Source of the DNA: Pseudomonas sp.
GTDB lineage: Bacteria; Pseudomonadota; Gammaproteobacteria; Pseudomonadales; Pseudomonadaceae
DNA: 64,000 nt
Assembly (NCBI RefSeq): GCF_049301935.1
Contig: NZ_JBAQLP010000112.1
Coordinates: 339 to 64,338 of the forward strand
Direction: 5' to 3'
Positions 1 to 10,415 of this stretch are shown here, piece after piece. Within the stretch, counting starts at the first letter, position 1. Each line of letters starts with the position of its first letter. Under the pieces are notes generated by a model. It saw only the letters and a list, made by a program, of their open reading frames with translations. It was not told the DNA's origin and did no database searches. Position numbers and translations under genes: made by a program.

Positions 1-83
1 CCGGCGGTTTGCGGGGTTGGGCAATGGCTGCGAGGTATTTGTTTTGCGGCGGCGGCGAAGATCAGCCGATGAGTGGTTATCGG

Positions 84-107
84 CACTGGGCCAGGATCGG
101 CCCAGTG
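84..107 (-). terminator. candidate stem-loop downstream of the secretin-like gene
   Basis: CACTGGGCC-N6-GGCCCAGTG forms a perfect 9-bp stem 17 nt past the stop at 124. There is no clear U-tract. A second small hairpin lies at 66-83. Confidence 0.3.
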
Positions 108-123
108 CGGAGGGCGGCGGGGT

Positions 124-933
124 TTAGTTCACCACGTCGACTTTGACGCGCATGCTCATGTCTTCGCGGCCCTGGGTCGAGCGGTGTTGCATAAAGTCGC
201 CGTGCTCACCCTGGCTTTGCTCACTGACGCCGCCAATGCTGATCCACTCACCCAGCCGCCCGCTGACCCGCGTATCGGTGCTTTGCACATCGATGGCGCC
301 GGGTTGCGACTGGCTGAGGCGGTCACGGTTGCTGCTGATGTTGATATGCACCCGCTCGCCACTAAGGCTGGCGGTGACGTAGAAACCGCGGGTGACGTTG
401 CGGTACTGGGTGTTGCTGTAGGGCTGGCCGTAGGCATCATGCCCACGCGTGGTCAGCGGCACGCTTTGGCCGACCTGAATCAGCGCCGGATACCCCTCCG
501 TGGCCTGTACTTGCTGAGTACCGCCGCTGCGGCTGTCGGTGCTGCGGCGGATGATGCGCACCTGATCGCGGCCATTGATTTCGCCCTGGCCGATCTGCAC
601 CTCGGCATCGCCCCCGCTGATCGTACCGTCGGCGCGGTAGCCGCGATCCGACTGAAAGCCCGACTCATTGGTGTCGACGCTGATCAGCAGGCGCCGGGGT
701 TCGGTGTCGAGTTGCTGCAGCAGGGTGCGCACCTCGGCAATCTTCGCCGGCTCGGCATTGACGATCAGCTGGTTGCCATAGGCGTTGACCTTGCCCTCAT
801 GGCCGAGCACCGATTGCACCACGCTGAGCACTTCATCAGCCGTGCGGAAATTCAGCGGGATCACTTCGGTAGCGGCGCTAAGCGATAGGCTGCAACTCAG
901 CAGCGCGGCGGTGAGCAGGGCACGAACCTTCAT
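124..933 (-). CDS. small secretin-N-domain protein (mini-secretin-like, exported)
   Basis: 269-aa ORF with signal peptide MKVRALLTAALLSCSLSLSAA and a NolW/secretin-N-like module (EVIPLNFRTADEVLSVVQSVL...QLIVNAEPAKIAEVRTLLQQLD). It has a short beta-rich C-terminus. Its ATG overlaps the upstream stop (ATGA). Confidence 0.7.
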   Translation of the reverse strand: MKVRALLTAALLSCSLSLSAATEVIPLNFRTADEVLSVVQSVLGHEGKVNAYGNQLIVNAEPAKIAEVRTLLQQLDTEPRRLLISVDTNESGFQSDRGYRADGTISGGDAEVQIGQGEINGRDQVRIIRRSTDSRSGGTQQVQATEGYPALIQVGQSVPLTTRGHDAYGQPYSNTQYRNVTRGFYVTASLSGERVHINISSNRDRLSQSQPGAIDVQSTDTRVSGRLGEWISIGGVSEQSQGEHGDFMQHRSTQGREDMSMRVKVDVVN

Positions 934-1571
934 AGCAGAAAACTCCGTAAATCAGCGTCGGTGATGCTGGTATCCCAGGCTTGGTCGAACTGGGCGCGGC
1001 GCTGGCGATTGCGCCCGGGGTCTTGGTACAGGGCATAGCCGCTGGTCTGGCCAATTTCTGGTAAGAGCAGCACGCCGCGATCATCGGCCAAGAGGAACGC
1101 CAGCTCTTCACTAGGGTAGTCCGGGTGCAGCTTGCGGATCTGCAGGTTGGAGGACAGCCGGCGCGCAAGGCTGAGCAGGCGGTGGCCTTCCTTGACTGCA
1201 CGGCTGGGATCGCGCAGCAGAATGCGCAGTTGATTGCGCGGGCTGGTCAGGAGAAAACGGCTGCAGGCGTCTTGCACGCTGCTGTGGTGATAGAGCCAGG
1301 GCTCCAGGTCGTGACTGTAGATGCACAGGCTGCGCTGCGCTTGTTGCAGCAGGGCCAGGGCGTGGGCGCGGGCCTGTTCGGGCTGGCTGAAACGTTCCAG
1401 CGTGGTATGCGCGCCGAGGATAAACGGCGCCGGCTCGGCGCGCGGGCTATCCGGTCTGGGGCTGCCGGGGTTGTGCACAGCAAAACGCCCCGGTGACTGA
1501 AACTCGATGGCGGGAAGCTCTAGGGGCTCCAGCGGCTCGGTAGGGTCACTCGGGGCGTTTTCGTCGTTCAT
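930..1571 (-). CDS. conserved hypothetical protein (213 aa)
   Basis: Coding-like ORF with a GAGG SD about 7 nt upstream of the ATG. It is wedged between the GNAT and secretin-like genes (8-nt gap, 4-nt overlap). I recognise no motif. Confidence 0.6.
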   Translation of the reverse strand: MNDENAPSDPTEPLEPLELPAIEFQSPGRFAVHNPGSPRPDSPRAEPAPFILGAHTTLERFSQPEQARAHALALLQQAQRSLCIYSHDLEPWLYHHSSVQDACSRFLLTSPRNQLRILLRDPSRAVKEGHRLLSLARRLSSNLQIRKLHPDYPSEELAFLLADDRGVLLLPEIGQTSGYALYQDPGRNRQRRAQFDQAWDTSITDADLRSFLL

Positions 1572-1579
1572 TTCGGCCT

Positions 1580-2005
1580 CTAGGCGCTATGACGCACCAT
1601 GTCCACGTGGGGGATGCCGGCGTCCAGGTACTCCCCGCTGACGATGGCAAACCCGAGCTTTTCATAGAAGGCAGTGGCGTGCACCTGGGCGCTAAGCATT
1701 TGTTGCGTCAGGCCGCGTTTTTCCGCTTCGGCGATCACCGCCTGGATCAGCGCCACGCCCACGTTCAGACCGCGCCAGTCCTTGAGCACCGACACCCGGC
1801 CGATATGGCCGTCGGGCAACAGCCGGGCGGTGCCGATCGGGTAGTCGCCTTCCAGGGCGAGAAAATGCACGGCGTCGGCGTCTTCCGCATCCCATTCGAG
1901 CTCTGGCGGCACCGCTTGTTCCGCGATAAACACGGTTTCGCGAATGCGCCGCAGGTCAGCGTTGTCCTTCTGCCAGTCGGCCAGCCGAACCTGTATCTCA
2001 CTCAT
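1580..2005 (-). CDS. GNAT family N-acetyltransferase
   Basis: Start chosen at MSEIQVRLADW (ATG 2005), which overlaps the upstream stop as ATGAGTGA. An acetyl-CoA binding-type motif, RGLNVGVALIQAVIAEAEKRG, is present. Confidence 0.8.
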   Translation of the reverse strand: MSEIQVRLADWQKDNADLRRIRETVFIAEQAVPPELEWDAEDADAVHFLALEGDYPIGTARLLPDGHIGRVSVLKDWRGLNVGVALIQAVIAEAEKRGLTQQMLSAQVHATAFYEKLGFAIVSGEYLDAGIPHVDMVRHSA

Positions 2006-3164
2006 CAGCAAACTCCAGGCTGCCTTGTTTGACCAGCTCCACCAACAGGTTACGCCCTTCGTCATCGGCGAGCCACGTGCCGAGGTTGTCGATATGCAGG
2101 GCGTCGGCCGCGCACACCAGTTTCAGCAGCTCACGCAGGCTGGCCGAAAGCAGGCGGCTCTGGCCGCTGGCGAACAGCACCAGGTCGTCGCCGACTTCCG
2201 ACCAGGCCATGCGCGCGCTGGGGTTGCGGATCAGGATCGCGCCATTTTCCAGGCTCGCAAGGAAGCCTTCTTCGTCGATCTCGATGCCGGCAATCAGCTC
2301 CGGATACTTGGGTTCGGTCATAAACTGGCCGAACCAGGTCATCAGCAGGCGCTCATCGCTCATGTGTTCGCTGAGCAGGGCCTTGAGGCGGTCCAGGGCG
2401 TCGCGCTGGATCTGCGTCGGGTCGCTGGTCGGCTCGGCGCCTGCGTCGCTGTAGCGCTCTTCGTCAGGCAGGAACTGGCCGAGAAAGTCGGTGAAATGGG
2501 TCAGGACCTCAGCAGCGCTTGGCGCACGGAAGCCTACGGAATACGTCATACAGTCATCCTCAGCGGTACCACAGTGGGCCAGAAGCGGCGGCAGATAGAG
2601 CATATCGCCGGGCTCCAGCACCCATTCTTCAGTTTTAACGAATTCAGCGAGGATCTTCAGATCCGCGTGTTGCAGCGTCGGGCTATCGGTATTGCACTGC
2701 TGGCCGATCTGCCAGCGGCGCTTGCCGTAACCCTGCAGCAGAAACACATCGTAGTTGTCGTAATGCGGGCCCACGCCGCCACCCGGCACGGCGAAGCTGA
2801 CCATCACGTCATCGATGCGCCACTTGGGCAGAAACTTGAACGCTTCCAGCAGTTCGGCCACTTCCGGGACGAACTGATCGACCGCTTGTACCAGCAGGGT
2901 CCAATCGCGCTCGGGCAGCTCGCTAAAGGCGTCTTCGGCAAACGGGCCACGGCGCAGCTCCCAAGGATGTGCGCCATGCTCAATAACCAGGCGCGACTCG
3001 ATTTCTTCTTCCAGCGCCAGACCGGCCAGCTCGTCCGGGGAGATCGGGCTCTCGAAGCCAGGGATGGCCTGGCGTACCAGCAGGGGTTTCTTCTGCCAGT
3101 AGTCACGCATGAACTCACGAGCAGTAAGGCCGCCCAGCAGTTGTAGCGGAGTATCAGGATTCAT
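1998..3164 (-). CDS. roxA: JmjC/cupin 2-oxoglutarate oxygenase, RoxA/YcfD-like ribosomal protein hydroxylase
   Basis: 388 aa. The N-terminus (REFMRDYWQKKPLLVRQAIPGF...ISPDELAGLALEEEIESRLV) resembles E. coli YcfD. Confidence 0.6.
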   Translation of the reverse strand: MNPDTPLQLLGGLTAREFMRDYWQKKPLLVRQAIPGFESPISPDELAGLALEEEIESRLVIEHGAHPWELRRGPFAEDAFSELPERDWTLLVQAVDQFVPEVAELLEAFKFLPKWRIDDVMVSFAVPGGGVGPHYDNYDVFLLQGYGKRRWQIGQQCNTDSPTLQHADLKILAEFVKTEEWVLEPGDMLYLPPLLAHCGTAEDDCMTYSVGFRAPSAAEVLTHFTDFLGQFLPDEERYSDAGAEPTSDPTQIQRDALDRLKALLSEHMSDERLLMTWFGQFMTEPKYPELIAGIEIDEEGFLASLENGAILIRNPSARMAWSEVGDDLVLFASGQSRLLSASLRELLKLVCAADALHIDNLGTWLADDEGRNLLVELVKQGSLEFADE

Positions 3165-3193
3165 CGCTAAGCCCTTGAAGTCAGTAAATACCC

Positions 3194-3224
3194 ATAAATA
3201 AAAACGCCCGGCGCAGCCGGGCGT
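3194..3224 (-). terminator. rho-independent terminator of purB
   Basis: ACGCCCGGC-GCA-GCCGGGCGT stem (3204-3224), followed on the minus strand by TTTTATTTA. Confidence 0.8.
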
Positions 3225-3242
3225 CTGGGAGGCTGTTGCCGC

Positions 3243-4655
<1,413 letters not shown>

Positions 4656-4699
4656 TCATACATGAAATCGGCAGCTGATTTGCGATTGGCTGCGACCAT

Positions 4700-5561
4700 T
4701 CAGCCGCGATTGCTTCGTGCAATCGACAGCAAGCTGGCACTGAAAATCAGCGCCGCACCGATCAGCGATGACAAATCCGGAGTTTCACCCCAGCGCAACC
4801 AGGCAATCAGTCCGGCAAACACAATCGCCAGATAGGCAAAGGGTCCGATCAGCCCAGGCGACGCCAGGCTGTAGGCTTTGGACATGACGATCTGGCTGGC
4901 GGTGGCCAATAGGCTGATTGCCAGCAGCAGCCAGAGGTTGTGCTCAGTTATCGGCTGCCAGGCCCAGGTCAATGGAATGGCCGAGATCAGGGCGCTGAAC
5001 AGGGAAAAATAGAACACGATGCGATACGCAGGCTCGGTGTCGCTCATCTCGCGGATCGACACGAAGGCAAAGGCGGCCATTACGCTGGCGGCCAGGCCGA
5101 TCAGTGCGTGGCTGTCGAGCAGGGCGGCAGAGGGCTTGGCCACCAGCAGCACGCCCATCAGGCCAACCACGGTGGTCAGCAGCATGCGCTTGCTCAGCGG
5201 CTCTTTAAGCCACCACCAGGCAATCAACGGGGTAAACAGCGGCGCGGAGTAGGTGAACAGCATGGCTGTCGGCCAGCGGCAGGTGGGCAATGGCGTAAAA
5301 GAAGCAGTACATCGCTGCCAGGCCATAGGTGGTGCGCCACAGGTGCGATTTCAGCCGTGTGGTTCTGAGCGGTCGCAGGCCTTTGAACAGAATCAGCGGC
5401 AGAAAGAACAACACGCCTACCAGGTTGCGCAAGAACACCACGGACTCGTTGTTGACGCTGACCGAGACTTCGCGGATGCCCACACCCATCAGGGAAAACA
5501 GCAATGCCGACAGCGTAAGCAGTGCGGCACCCTGAATGGGTTTGACCGAGCGGGTGCCCAT
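4700..5561 (-). pseudogene. EamA/DMT family transporter, disrupted by a 1-nt frameshift near 5267
   Basis: The N-terminal half is in ORF 5205..5651 (from MGTRSVKPIQGAALLTLSALLF to YAIAHLPLAD). The C-terminal half is in ORF 4700..5326 (AMLFTYSAPLFTPLIAWWWLKEPL onward). The frames meet at minus-strand CTG GCC GAC A GCC ATG CTG. Confidence 0.6.
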
Positions 5562-5563
5562 GT

Positions 5564-6184
5564 TCACGCGCGCAGCAGCGGGTAGAGTTCCTTGAGCAGC
5601 TTGCTGCGGCTGAACACCATCTGCCAGCGATGGCCGCCCAGTTGGCGCCACAGGCGCGCAGAGCGAATACCAGCGAGCAGCAGTGCACGGATTTTCGCGG
5701 CATTGTTGGTCTGTTGTAGGTGGCGCATATCGCCTTGCACCTGAATGCGCTGGCGGAAGGTGCTGATGGTGTCCTGATAAAGGCTGGCGCAGTTGGCGAT
5801 GACGTTTTCATGGGTCGGACCGAAGTGTTCGACCTGTTGCTGCACCTGGTCGAGGCGGCTGCCCATGACTTGCAGCATGTCGCTACGCTTATCCAGCTGG
5901 CGCTCCAACGACAGCAGGGCCAGTGCGTAACGCAGTGGATCACGCTGCAGGCTGGCCGGGTCACGCTCTAGGGCGCTGACCAGTGAACGATAGCCGTCAC
6001 GCAGGTTGAGGTCATCGCCGCCGTAAACGTCCAGGGTGTCCTTCGGGTCGCGTACCAGCAGGCTGTTGATCATGCAGGCCACGGCCGGCTCACCGATCTG
6101 GCCGGTACGCGCCAGTTTGTCGACCAGTGTCGCCGATTCGAATACCGCACCGAGGGCGATCAGTTGTTCGCGGATTGGGTTCAC
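5564..6184 (-). CDS. hflD: high-frequency-of-lysogenization protein HflD
   Basis: 206 aa, HflD-like throughout. It overlaps the mnmA stop by 4 nt, and mnmA-hflD is the usual arrangement. Confidence 0.85.
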   Translation of the reverse strand: MNPIREQLIALGAVFESATLVDKLARTGQIGEPAVACMINSLLVRDPKDTLDVYGGDDLNLRDGYRSLVSALERDPASLQRDPLRYALALLSLERQLDKRSDMLQVMGSRLDQVQQQVEHFGPTHENVIANCASLYQDTISTFRQRIQVQGDMRHLQQTNNAAKIRALLLAGIRSARLWRQLGGHRWQMVFSRSKLLKELYPLLRA

Positions 6185-7299
6185 GCCTGTTGCTCCCGTG
6201 CAGTCCAGGGCTCGGCTGTTTCAATCACGCCGCCACCCAGGCAAATTTCACCGTCGTAGAACACCACGGACTGGCCTGGCGTCACGGCGCGCTGTGGCTC
6301 GTTGAATATGGCGCGGTAGCCGCTGGCGGTTTTCTCCAGCGTGCAGGCTTGATCGCTCTGGCGATAACGCACCTTGGCGGTCAGCTCGCGCGGCGTGCTC
6401 AGATCAAGCGGGTTGACCCAGTAAATCTCCGAGGCGAGCAGGGCGCTGCTGAACAACCAGGGGTGTTCATTGCCCTGGCCAACCACCAGCACATTGCGCG
6501 TCAGGTCCTTGTGCAGGACATACCAGGGCTCGTCGCTGGCGTCTTTCAAACCACCAATGCCCAAGCCCTGACGCTGGCCAATGGTGTGGTACATCAGGCC
6601 GTGATGGCGGCCGATGACCTCGCCTTCAGTCGTTTCGATAGTGCCCGGCTGCGCCGGCAAGTACTGCTTGAGGAAATCACTGAAACGCCGCTCGCCGATA
6701 AAGCAGATGCCGGTGGAGTCCTTCTTCTTCGCCGTGGCCAGTGCGTATTTCTCGGCAATTGCGCGCACCGCTGGTTTTTCCAGTTCACCGACCGGGAACA
6801 GGGTCTTGGCGATCTGCTCGCCACCAACGGCATGCAGGAAGTAGCTCTGGTCCTTGTTCGGATCGAGGCCCTTGAGCAGCTCGGTGCGCCCGTCGATATC
6901 ACGGCGGCGCACGTAGTGGCCGGTAGCAATCAGGTCGGCGCCGAGCATCAGGGCGTAGTCGAGGAAGGCTTTGAACTTGATCTCGCGGTTACACAGGATG
7001 TCCGGGTTCGGCGTGCGGCCGGCCTTGTATTCGGCGAGGAAGTGCTCGAACACATTGTCCCAGTATTCGGCGGCAAAGTTGGCGGTGTGCAGTTTGATGC
7101 CAATCTTGTCGCACACGGCCTGCGCATCGGCCAGGTCATCCATGGCGGTGCAGTATTCGGTGCCATCGTCTTCGTCCCAGTTTTTCATAAACAGGCCTTC
7201 GACCTGATAACCCTGTTCAAGCAGCAGCAGGGCGGAAACGGAGGAGTCGACGCCGCCGGACATGCCGACGATTACGCGCTGAGTAGTTGGATCTGACAT
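6181..7299 (-). CDS. mnmA: tRNA 2-thiouridine(34) synthase MnmA
   Basis: PP-loop motif [11 protein letters not shown]. The ATG at 7299 ([12 protein letters not shown]) is preferred over the GTG at 7314. Confidence 0.93.
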   Translation of the reverse strand: MSDPTTQRVIVGMSGGVDSSVSALLLLEQGYQVEGLFMKNWDEDDGTEYCTAMDDLADAQAVCDKIGIKLHTANFAAEYWDNVFEHFLAEYKAGRTPNPDILCNREIKFKAFLDYALMLGADLIATGHYVRRRDIDGRTELLKGLDPNKDQSYFLHAVGGEQIAKTLFPVGELEKPAVRAIAEKYALATAKKKDSTGICFIGERRFSDFLKQYLPAQPGTIETTEGEVIGRHHGLMYHTIGQRQGLGIGGLKDASDEPWYVLHKDLTRNVLVVGQGNEHPWLFSSALLASEIYWVNPLDLSTPRELTAKVRYRQSDQACTLEKTASGYRAIFNEPQRAVTPGQSVVFYDGEICLGGGVIETAEPWTAREQQA

Positions 7300-7359
7300 G
7301 GGGATACTGGGCACGGGCTTAAAAAGAGCGCGATTCTAGCAGGCGCAGAGGTGTGGCCG

Positions 7360-7800
7360 TTAATCGCGGATCAGGCTCAGGGGAAAACACTGGCCGCTTA
7401 GGTAGTCGTCGATACAGCGCAGCACCAATGCGCTGCGCCAACGCTCGGGTTGCGCAACCAGTTCGTCACGGCTCAGCCAGCGCGGGCCGATAATGCCGGC
7501 ATCCAGCGGGTGATTGGGTCGCTGTTGCAATGCTTTGGCGGCAAAGCATACGCGCTGGTAGGTGATGCCGTTGCTTGGCGCGGTGTACAGGTAAATACCG
7601 GTGACGCCAGTCAGTTCGACATCCCAGCCGGTTTCTTCGAGGGTTTCGCGCAGGGCGGCCTGTATCAGACTTTCGTCGGCTTCCAAGTGGCCCGCAGGCT
7701 GATTAAATACGGCACGGTTATCGGCCATTTCCTCAACCAGCAGAAACCGCCCTTGGTCTTCAATGACGGTGGCAACTGTAACGTGTGGGGTAAAGCGCAT
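7360..7800 (-). CDS. NUDIX hydrolase
   Basis: Nudix box GHLEADESLIQAALRETLEETG. The ATG at 7800 is preceded by AAGGAG with 6-nt spacing. Confidence 0.85.
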   Translation of the reverse strand: MRFTPHVTVATVIEDQGRFLLVEEMADNRAVFNQPAGHLEADESLIQAALRETLEETGWDVELTGVTGIYLYTAPSNGITYQRVCFAAKALQQRPNHPLDAGIIGPRWLSRDELVAQPERWRSALVLRCIDDYLSGQCFPLSLIRD

Positions 7801-7920
7801 ACGGAACTCCTTGAGCAGGCGCGTGATCGTAGCTGCAGCCATCTGCGGCAGTGATAGTCGGAGCAATTAACCAGTGAGCTGCTAGGATGAAATCGTCCTG
7901 CACGAACGCTGTGTAGTGAG

Positions 7921-7939
7921 CTTGTAGTTTGACTACAAG
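7921..7939. promoter_or_regulatory. candidate operator dyad 1 (CTTGTAGT-TTG-ACTACAAG)
   Basis: Perfect 8-bp inverted repeat in the NUDIX/icd divergent region. It shares the core TGTAG-N5-CTACAA with the site at 8015-8033. Confidence 0.3.
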
Positions 7940-8014
7940 TTGTTGCTGGTTGTTAGCTAGATACCCGCAAGAACGCGCATGGGCAATGTTTCTAGTGGAT
8001 AAAGTGCGTGACTT

Positions 8015-8033
8015 TCTGTAGAAAAACTACAAA
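8015..8033. promoter_or_regulatory. candidate operator dyad 2 (TCTGTAG-AAAAA-CTACAAA)
   Basis: Second copy of TGTAG-N5-CTACAA, about 93 bp upstream of the icd ATG. Confidence 0.3.
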
Positions 8034-8123
8034 AATAGTTCGCCTTTCCGAGACCCAAAAAGATCTATTCAGCGTGCCATCTGCACGGCTGAATGCCAGA
8101 CCACGAAAACAACGGAGTCCAGC

Positions 8124-9380
8124 ATGGGATACCAAAAGATCCAGGTGCCTGCCACCGGTGACAAAATCACCGTTAATGCCGATACATCCCTGAACGTCCC
8201 GAATAACCCGATCATTCCTTTTATCGAAGGTGATGGTATCGGTGTCGACATCAGCCCAGTAATGATCAAAGTTGTTGATGCTGCCGTGCAGAAAGCCTAC
8301 GGCGGCGAGCGCAAGATCTCCTGGATGGAAGTGTACGCAGGCGAAAAAGCCACTCAGGTTTACGATCAGGACACCTGGCTGCCTCAGGAAACCCTGGATG
8401 CGGTCAAAGATTACGTCGTTTCCATCAAAGGCCCGCTGACCACGCCAGTCGGTGGTGGTATCCGTTCCTTGAACGTTGCTCTGCGTCAGCAGCTCGACCT
8501 GTACGTCTGCCTGCGCCCAGTGCGTTGGTTCGAAGGCGTGCCAAGCCCGGTGAAGAAACCAGGCGATGTTGACATGACCATCTTCCGCGAAAACTCGGAA
8601 GACATCTACGCTGGCATCGAGTGGAAAGCCGGTTCGCCTGAGGCGAACAAGGTCATCAAGTTCCTCAAAGAGGAAATGGGCGTAACCAAGATTCGCTTCG
8701 ACCAAGACTGCGGTATCGGCGTCAAGCCGGTCTCCAAAGAAGGTACCCGTCGTCTGGCGCGCAAGGCCCTGCAGTACGTCGTCGATAATGACCGCGACTC
8801 GCTGACCATCGTGCACAAAGGCAACATCATGAAGTTCACCGAAGGTGCCTTCAAAGAGTGGGCCTACGAAATTGCGGCTGAAGAGTTCGGCGCAACCCTG
8901 CTCGATGGCGGCCCTTGGATGCAGTTCAAGAACCCGCGCACTGGCAAGAACGTCATCGTTAAAGACGCCATCGCCGACGCCATGCTGCAGCAGATCCTGC
9001 TGCGTCCGGCCGAGTACGATGTAATCGCCACCCTCAACCTCAATGGCGACTACCTGTCCGATGCCCTGGCGGCTGAAGTAGGTGGTATCGGTATCGCCCC
9101 AGGTGCCAACCTGTCCGACACCGTTGCCATGTTTGAAGCCACCCACGGTACGGCACCGAAGTACGCGGGCAAGGATCAAGTGAACCCGGGTTCGCTGATC
9201 CTGTCCGCCGAAATGATGCTGCGCCACATGGGCTGGACCGAAGCGGCCGACCTGATCATCAAAGGCACCAACGGCGCTATCTCGGCCAAGACCGTGACCT
9301 ATGACTTCGAGCGCCTGATGGACGGTGCCAAGCTGCTGTCCTGCTCGGCATTCGGCGATGCACTGATTTCGCACATGTAA
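8124..9380 (+). CDS. icd: NADP-dependent isocitrate dehydrogenase (dimeric type)
   Basis: 418 aa. Motifs [12 protein letters not shown] and [21 protein letters not shown] is upstream. Confidence 0.97.
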   Translation: MGYQKIQVPATGDKITVNADTSLNVPNNPIIPFIEGDGIGVDISPVMIKVVDAAVQKAYGGERKISWMEVYAGEKATQVYDQDTWLPQETLDAVKDYVVSIKGPLTTPVGGGIRSLNVALRQQLDLYVCLRPVRWFEGVPSPVKKPGDVDMTIFRENSEDIYAGIEWKAGSPEANKVIKFLKEEMGVTKIRFDQDCGIGVKPVSKEGTRRLARKALQYVVDNDRDSLTIVHKGNIMKFTEGAFKEWAYEIAAEEFGATLLDGGPWMQFKNPRTGKNVIVKDAIADAMLQQILLRPAEYDVIATLNLNGDYLSDALAAEVGGIGIAPGANLSDTVAMFEATHGTAPKYAGKDQVNPGSLILSAEMMLRHMGWTEAADLIIKGTNGAISAKTVTYDFERLMDGAKLLSCSAFGDALISHM

Positions 9381-9467
9381 GCGAAACCGCAATAAAAAAC
9401 TGCAGGGAGCAATTTTTAACGTCGCGCGAGCGACGGCCCTTAGGGTGGTCGCCATGGATGGCAGACC

Positions 9468-9503
9468 ATAAAGAAAGGCCGGTCATATGACCGGCCTTTT
9501 TTG
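9468..9503. terminator. bidirectional rho-independent terminator (icd / cspD)
   Basis: Perfect palindrome GGCCGGTCAT/ATGACCGGCC (9477-9496), flanked by AAAGAAA and TTTTTT. Confidence 0.8.
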
Positions 9504-9532
9504 TGGGCGATTAACTGCCCAGGTGACTCTAA

Positions 9533-9796
9533 TCAGACTTCAGCCGTTGAGCCCTGGTGTTGCTTAGCTGCGGCGGGCGCTTCACTGACGGCAGTCGCCG
9601 CACTGATGTTGACGGCGTGGAGTCCTTTTGGACCTTGAATAATATCGAAGCTTACCGGCTGGCCAGCCTTCAGCGTTTTATAGCCGTCCATCTGGATAGC
9701 CGAGTAGTGGGCGAACAGGTCCTCATCTCGACCATCGGCCAGGATGAACCCATAGCCTTTGGCGTTGTTGAACCACTTGACCTTACCGCTAACCAT
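9533..9796 (-). CDS. cspD: cold-shock-domain protein CspD
   Basis: MVSGKVKWFNNAKGYGFI with the RNP motifs. SD GAGGGA is upstream of the ATG at 9796. The gene is divergent from clpS, as in E. coli. Confidence 0.85.
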   Translation of the reverse strand: MVSGKVKWFNNAKGYGFILADGRDEDLFAHYSAIQMDGYKTLKAGQPVSFDIIQGPKGLHAVNISAATAVSEAPAAAKQHQGSTAEV

Positions 9797-10023
9797 GCTG
9801 ATATCCCTCTGCAAAGGACTCCATCACTGGAGTATCATCCACTTCAATTCCACGCTGTGCTTGACGTGAGTCGGCAAAGCTGTGAAACCCCTAATACCCG
9901 CGCTGGGTATTCATTGTTTGTAACACCGTTTTGCCGATAGTCAAGGCAATGCTGTAACTGGCTGAGAAGCCGTTCAAACTCTGTCTAGCACAGACTATTC
10001 GCCCATCAACGAAGCTATTCAGC

Positions 10024-10386
10024 ATGCATGCACGTAGCCAGATTCGACTAACATTCAATCAGGATCGCCCCGCCGGGCATGAGGACGATTCCTTCGGCTT
10101 AGCCGTTCAGGAATCCAAGCCCGCCCTGCAGGCGCCGCCTATGTATAAAGTGATTTTGTTTAATGACGACTACACGCCCATGGATTTCGTGGTCGAGATT
10201 CTCGAGGTGTTTTTCAACCTGAACCGAGAGTTGGCGACCAAAGTCATGCTGACCGTCCATACAGAGGGGCGGGCAGTGTGTGGAGTGTTTACCCGCGATA
10301 TTGCTGAAACCAAAGCGACACAGGTGAATCAATATGCGAGAGAGAGCCAGCATCCGCTACTCTGTGAAATAGAGAAGGACGGTTAA
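10024..10386 (+). CDS. clpS: ATP-dependent Clp protease adaptor ClpS
   Basis: 120 aa with the core [27 protein letters not shown]. Confidence 0.95.
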   Translation: MHARSQIRLTFNQDRPAGHEDDSFGLAVQESKPALQAPPMYKVILFNDDYTPMDFVVEILEVFFNLNRELATKVMLTVHTEGRAVCGVFTRDIAETKATQVNQYARESQHPLLCEIEKDG

Positions 10387-10415
10387 CGCCGGCCACTTGG
10401 GCATGAGGTGAAGCT

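Noticed and set aside
73-888. 271-aa plus-strand ORF overlapping the secretin-like gene.
   Set aside because: It has a GTG start with no SD and an Ala/Gly/Val/Asp-rich composition typical of an antisense frame. The minus-strand ORF has a signal peptide, a recognisable domain and operon coupling.
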